Shown here piece by piece: positions 61,855 through 64,000 of a stretch of 64,000 nt of DNA. Positions within the stretch are counted from its first letter, which is position 1. The number at the start of each line of letters is the position of its first letter. The stretch is from Azolla caroliniana. Its lineage: Eukaryota > Plantae > Polypodiophyta. The position numbers and the translations under genes were made by a program. A model generated the notes under the pieces. It saw only the letters and a program-made list of their open reading frames with translations. It ran no database searches and had not been told where the DNA came from. The stretch lies in NCBI GenBank assembly GCA_043228905.1, contig JBHGNT010000016.1, positions 1,178,001 to 1,242,000 on the forward strand, in the 5' to 3' direction.

Positions 61855-62114
61855 AGATAGATAGATAGATTATCTTATCGTCTTCAGAGGTCAAATATGA
61901 CCTATGAGACCAAAAATATTACATTTCACGTGATACGTGTGAAAGTGAGAAGTGACTCTCGATGTTCAAGAACTTTACCAATGAATGTTGGAATCGAGAG
62001 TGCACATTGTGTTTGTGAGAGAAATTCGTGCAAGGATTGGGCTCGGACGAAGAGATGTGGAAAGCATGGTCGAATATGATCAAAGGCAGAGCATTATATC
62101 AAAGTATGATACTC
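61855..62114 (-). mobile_element. 5'-truncated copy (about 260 bp) of the intact LINE
   Basis: Colinear with 1251-1522 apart from scattered substitutions and including the (TCTA)n tail. The 5' junction runs into (GA)n at 62116-62140. Confidence 0.95.
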
Positions 62115-62181
62115 GGAGAGAGAGAGAGAGAGAGAGAGAGAAGGAGGAGAAGAAGAAGAAACAAAACATATATGAATGATG

Positions 62182-62512
62182 GATGTAGCTCAATTGGTAA
62201 AGTCGCTCAATGGAAACTAGGAGGTCGAAGTTCAGCCCTTGCATTCTGCATTGGATGCAGTAAAAACTAAGGTTATGTATCGAGTAATAAAGAGGTGAGT
62301 AAACCAAGTTTTGAACTGGAGATGTAGTGTTAGTAGACCAAGAGGTCGTGGGTTTAACCCCAACATTCCACAATTGTGGGCCCCTATATTCCACAATGGC
62401 ATGTAATAAAAACTAAGAGATATGTATGGAGTATAGAGAGGTGAGAAAACTAGATTTCAAACCCAATATATAGTGTTAGTAGTGTAACAACTCACCACTA
62501 GAGTGAGTTGAT
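62182..62512. repeat. Second copy of the tRNA-derived repeat, with a partial internal duplication
   Basis: Shares gatgtagctcaattggtaa, cattccacaat, aagagatat, gagaggtgagaaa, tagtg and ccactag with 30562-30745. Confidence 0.65.
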
Positions 62513-63635
62513 TAACGACAACAATAACAAAAAGATATATTAATGGGTTCTAAGACCAATTTTGGTCATGAGACAAATGAAAATACAAGAATGGGGTGTG
62601 TACCCAATCATCCAAAAAAAGCAATCTTGTACACACATCCATGAGTTCTAATTTATTCCCGCTATCATACAATTGTTATGCCCCTAGATTATGGGGATCT
62701 TGAAAAGCACAGAACACCGTCGAGATTAAGAGAATTGGGACAAGAAGATTATTTATATTATAAGAAATAGATACAAGATTACGACAAACCCAAAAGGTAC
62801 AACGGGCTAGGGAGAGTTCAAGATTACAATGGGAGAGAGTAGAAACTTAGAGATTAGGAATCATAAAAAATGAGGACATGCTCCTCGCTAGGATATGGCT
62901 GTTGGGACTAGTTGTCCCAACTTACGGTGGCGCCCCTTTTGGGACAAGGACAAGGACTGGATCTAGCTCCTTTCATGAGTCCCAACTCAAATTGGGACCA
63001 TGTCCTATTGGGACTGTCTGAAGTTTGATTGGGGCTGTTTGGAACTATCCCAATTAATGACAAGTAATGATTATCAATAACCATCAACTATTTTGGATGA
63101 TAAAATTTGATGAGATATCACATGTAGTGGGCTAAGCACCCAAGTTTGAATCTTAGTATGTGGGTCATTATTTTATAAGGAAATTGTAGAACCATGGTGA
63201 CCATTCCATATTTTACCTCTCCACGTATCTACCATGACCTAATTACATATATCTACATGCTTTCCCATAAAATCTAGATAATCCTTTGGCATATTGAATT
63301 TAATATATACACATGCTTTAAACCCCTCTTAAACTTCACCTCACATTGACATCATATAATGAAAGATATCGACAAAAATACCCATATGATTAATCATTCA
63401 TAAAATCACCAAATCACTCATCCCCCTATTTCCAAAACGGCCACAAATACCCCTCATTTCCAAAACGCTCTCTACATCTCATTTCCTCTCCCTATATTTC
63501 CATTTATAGACGAGTTCTCTCCCATTTCCACCATTTTTTAGTTCATATATCCCATCTCGGGATTTGTGAACTCTCCTAAATCAACCCCCTTTCATTGGTA
63601 GGCTTCGATTCCTACGTATTGCCCATATGTGGTCA

Positions 63636-63803
63636 AGGCTTTCCCTTTGGTATTTCTCTGTTGCTACTCACATAAACAAGTCGAGGCTTGACAACTGTAT
63701 TTGTGGTAAGGTTCTTAAGCTTTCCCTTTGGTTTTTCTCTGTTGATACTCACATAAACAAGTCGAGGCTTGACAACTATATTTGTGGTAAGGTTATTAAG
63801 CTT
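63636..63803. repeat. Two tandem copies of about 81 bp
   Basis: gcttttccctttggt...cataaacaagtcgaggcttgacaact...tgtggtaaggtt occurs twice. Confidence 0.9.
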
Positions 63804-64000
63804 AAAATGGACAATTCTTTCTTTCGAGAGAATGCAAGAACATGAGAAACTATACAAAAATGCGAGAAAATGTAAAAAAACGCAGATTGGGAAGCCAAAA
63901 TCAAAGAGAGAGAGAGAGAGATGGAGAGATAGAGAGGGGTATTCCATGTAAATAGGTTTCGTGGAAGAGGTAGGGGTATTGATGTAATATGCATAAACCA

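Overview
Eukaryotic, land-plant nuclear DNA. The retroelement types suggest a non-seed plant such as a fern, lycophyte or bryophyte, but that is inference. 1-1.1 kb holds the probable first exon of an NADH-kinase-like gene. 1.25-5.86 kb is an apparently intact two-ORF LINE (APE endonuclease + RT, RTEX/CR1-L2-like) on the minus strand. 6-27.5 kb is a nest of LTR retrotransposons: a decayed non-chromovirus Gypsy, a rearranged Copia, a Tcn1-type chromovirus and three solo LTRs. 31-61 kb holds four intron-containing genes assembled by hand: a WCRKC thioredoxin (+), a DUF2358 plastid protein (-), LHP1 (-) and a divergent tRNA nucleotidyltransferase (-). The most striking signal is in the LINE. ORF2 has no usable AUG and sits in frame behind a single UAG. 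The 17 nt starting 7 nt after that UAG can pair without mismatch (14 Watson-Crick + 3 G.U) with the 3' UTR 3.4 kb away, competing with the 3'-terminal hairpin. This resembles the long-range readthrough/replication switches of tombusviruses. All coordinates were read by eye and no database searches were run.
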